Shown: positions 63,401-64,000 of the stretch, one piece after another
How positions within the stretch are numbered: position 1 is the stretch's first letter
Layout: every line of letters begins with the position of its first letter
Assembly (NCBI GenBank): GCA_964016885.1
Contig: OZ024743.1
Span: 139,500,001-139,564,000, forward strand
Direction: 5' to 3'
Origin: Eledone cirrhosa
Taxonomy: Eukaryota
DNA: 64,000 nt
Program-made: the position numbers and the translations under genes
The notes under the pieces: model-generated
Database searches by the model: none
What the model was told of the DNA's origin: nothing
The model's input: only the letters and a program-made list of their open reading frames with translations

Positions 63401-64000
63401 GCTTGGTGTTTGGTGCCTGGTGCTTGGTGCATGGTGCTTGGTGTTTGGTGTTTGGTGCTTGGTGCTTGGAGTTTGGTGTTTGGTGCTTGGTGCTTGGTGT
63501 TTCGTGTTTCGTGTTTGGTTTTTGGTGCTTGGTGCTTGGTGCTTGGTCCTTGGTGTTTGGTGCTGGGTGCATTGTGTTTGGTGCTTGGCGCTTGGTGCTT
63601 GGTGCTTGGTGCTTGGTGTTTGGTGCTTGGTGCTTGGTGCTTGGTGCTTGGTCCTTGGTGCTTGGTGTTTGGTGGTTGGTGTTTGGTGCTTGGTGTTAGG
63701 TGTTTGGTGCTTGGTGGTTGGTGTTTGGTGTTTGGTGCTTGGTGTTTGGTGTTTGGTGCTTGGTGTTTGGTGCTTGGTTCTTGGTGCTTGGTACTTGGTG
63801 TTAGGTGTTTGGTGCTTGGTGTTTGGTGCTTGGTGTTTGGTGCTTGGTGCTTGGTGCTTGGTGCTTGGTGTTTGGTGCTTGGTGTTTGGTGCTTGGTGTT
63901 TGGTGCTTGGTGTTAGGTGTTTGGTGCTTGGTGCTTGGTGTTTGGTGTTTGGTGCTTGGTGTTTGGTGTTTGGTGCTTGGTGTTTGGGGCTTTTTGCTTG

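Larger units (their letters stand above)
1..64000. repeat. Heptameric tandem satellite array (TTGGTGY)n / (RCACCAA)n, about 9,100 units (64000/7), extending beyond both window edges
   Basis: Every line of the window parses into TTGGTGC/TTGGTGT units plus variants with 1-2 substitutions (TTGCTGT, TAGGTGY, TTGATGC, TTGGTAC, TGGGTGG, TTGGAGC, etc.). No non-repeat insert and no inversion seen. Confidence 0.99.
41150..64000. repeat. Zone IV: distinct subfamily with four copies (the last truncated by the window edge) of a 5-8 kb super-unit and nested duplications
   Basis: Marker GGTGATTGGTGTTTGTAC near 41485, 46430, 54573 and 62121. ORF-track matches at 41440/46385/54528/62076 give spacings of 4945, 8143 and 7548. 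Zone-specific markers include GG(G/T)GCTTTTTGC, GATGCATGGTGATTGG and GATGTATGTTG. Confidence 0.85.

Noticed and set aside
2428-63572. Minus-strand ORFs encoding TKHQAPS/TKHQTPN repeats (mucin-like or heptad-repeat-like)
   Set aside because: Same artefact. The 6-bp units shift frame freely, which is inconsistent with coding constraint, and there is no non-repetitive N- or C-terminal domain.
15-63916. Hundreds of overlapping + strand ORFs encoding hydrophobic LVLGAWC repeats (apparent membrane proteins)
   Set aside because: All three frames give the same peptide because the unit is 7 bp and stop-free. Starts and stops coincide with sporadic variants, and there is no unique domain, ribosome-binding context or frame preference.
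1-64000. CRISPR array or other repeat-spacer system
   Set aside because: There are no unique spacers; the sequence between recurring markers is the same 7-mer. No cas or other genes are present.
1-64000. Pure sequencing or polymerase-slippage artefact, or synthetic sequence
   Set aside because: Rare variants recur in conserved order across kb-scale copies with nested, arithmetically consistent offsets, as expected of an evolved array. Exact copy numbers could still be mis-assembled.
1-64000. Canonical G-quadruplex array
   Set aside because: The consensus has only GG runs, and GGG/GGGG occur as scattered variants. At most weak two-tier structures are conceivable, which the sequence alone does not support.
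1-64000. CpG-methylation decay as the cause of the C/T dimorphism
   Set aside because: The variable C is followed by T (GCTT), not G, and the consensus has no CpG.
1-64000. Inverted segments, hairpins, terminators, or embedded transposon/tRNA/rRNA fragments
   Set aside because: No RCACCAA-oriented tract or complex sequence was seen on the + strand anywhere in the window.

Overview
The whole 64-kb window is one uninterrupted, single-orientation tandem array of a 7-bp unit, consensus TTGGTGY (TTGGTGC and TTGGTGT intermixed; reverse strand RCACCAA). It runs off both ends of the window. I see no unique sequence, genes, RNA genes, mobile elements or CRISPR arrays. The many ORFs (poly-LVLGAWC/LVFGVWC on +, poly-TKHQAPS/TKHQTPN on -) are a by-product of a stop-free 7-mer. 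The information lies in the variant units. Rare substitutions and a recurrent 6-bp unit (TTGTAC) act as barcodes that reveal nested duplications (about 0.1, 0.3-0.5, 1.8-2.7 and 4-8 kb) and four zones with different variant signatures, with the clearest switch near 41.1 kb. The offsets I checked equal 7n corrected for the few indel units inside the block, so the array expanded by in-register copying. It is best described as satellite DNA with irregular higher-order repeats, possibly (peri)centromeric or telomere-associated. Organism and function cannot be determined from this window. Block boundaries are approximate and were read by eye; offsets come from matching markers and matching entries in the ORF track.
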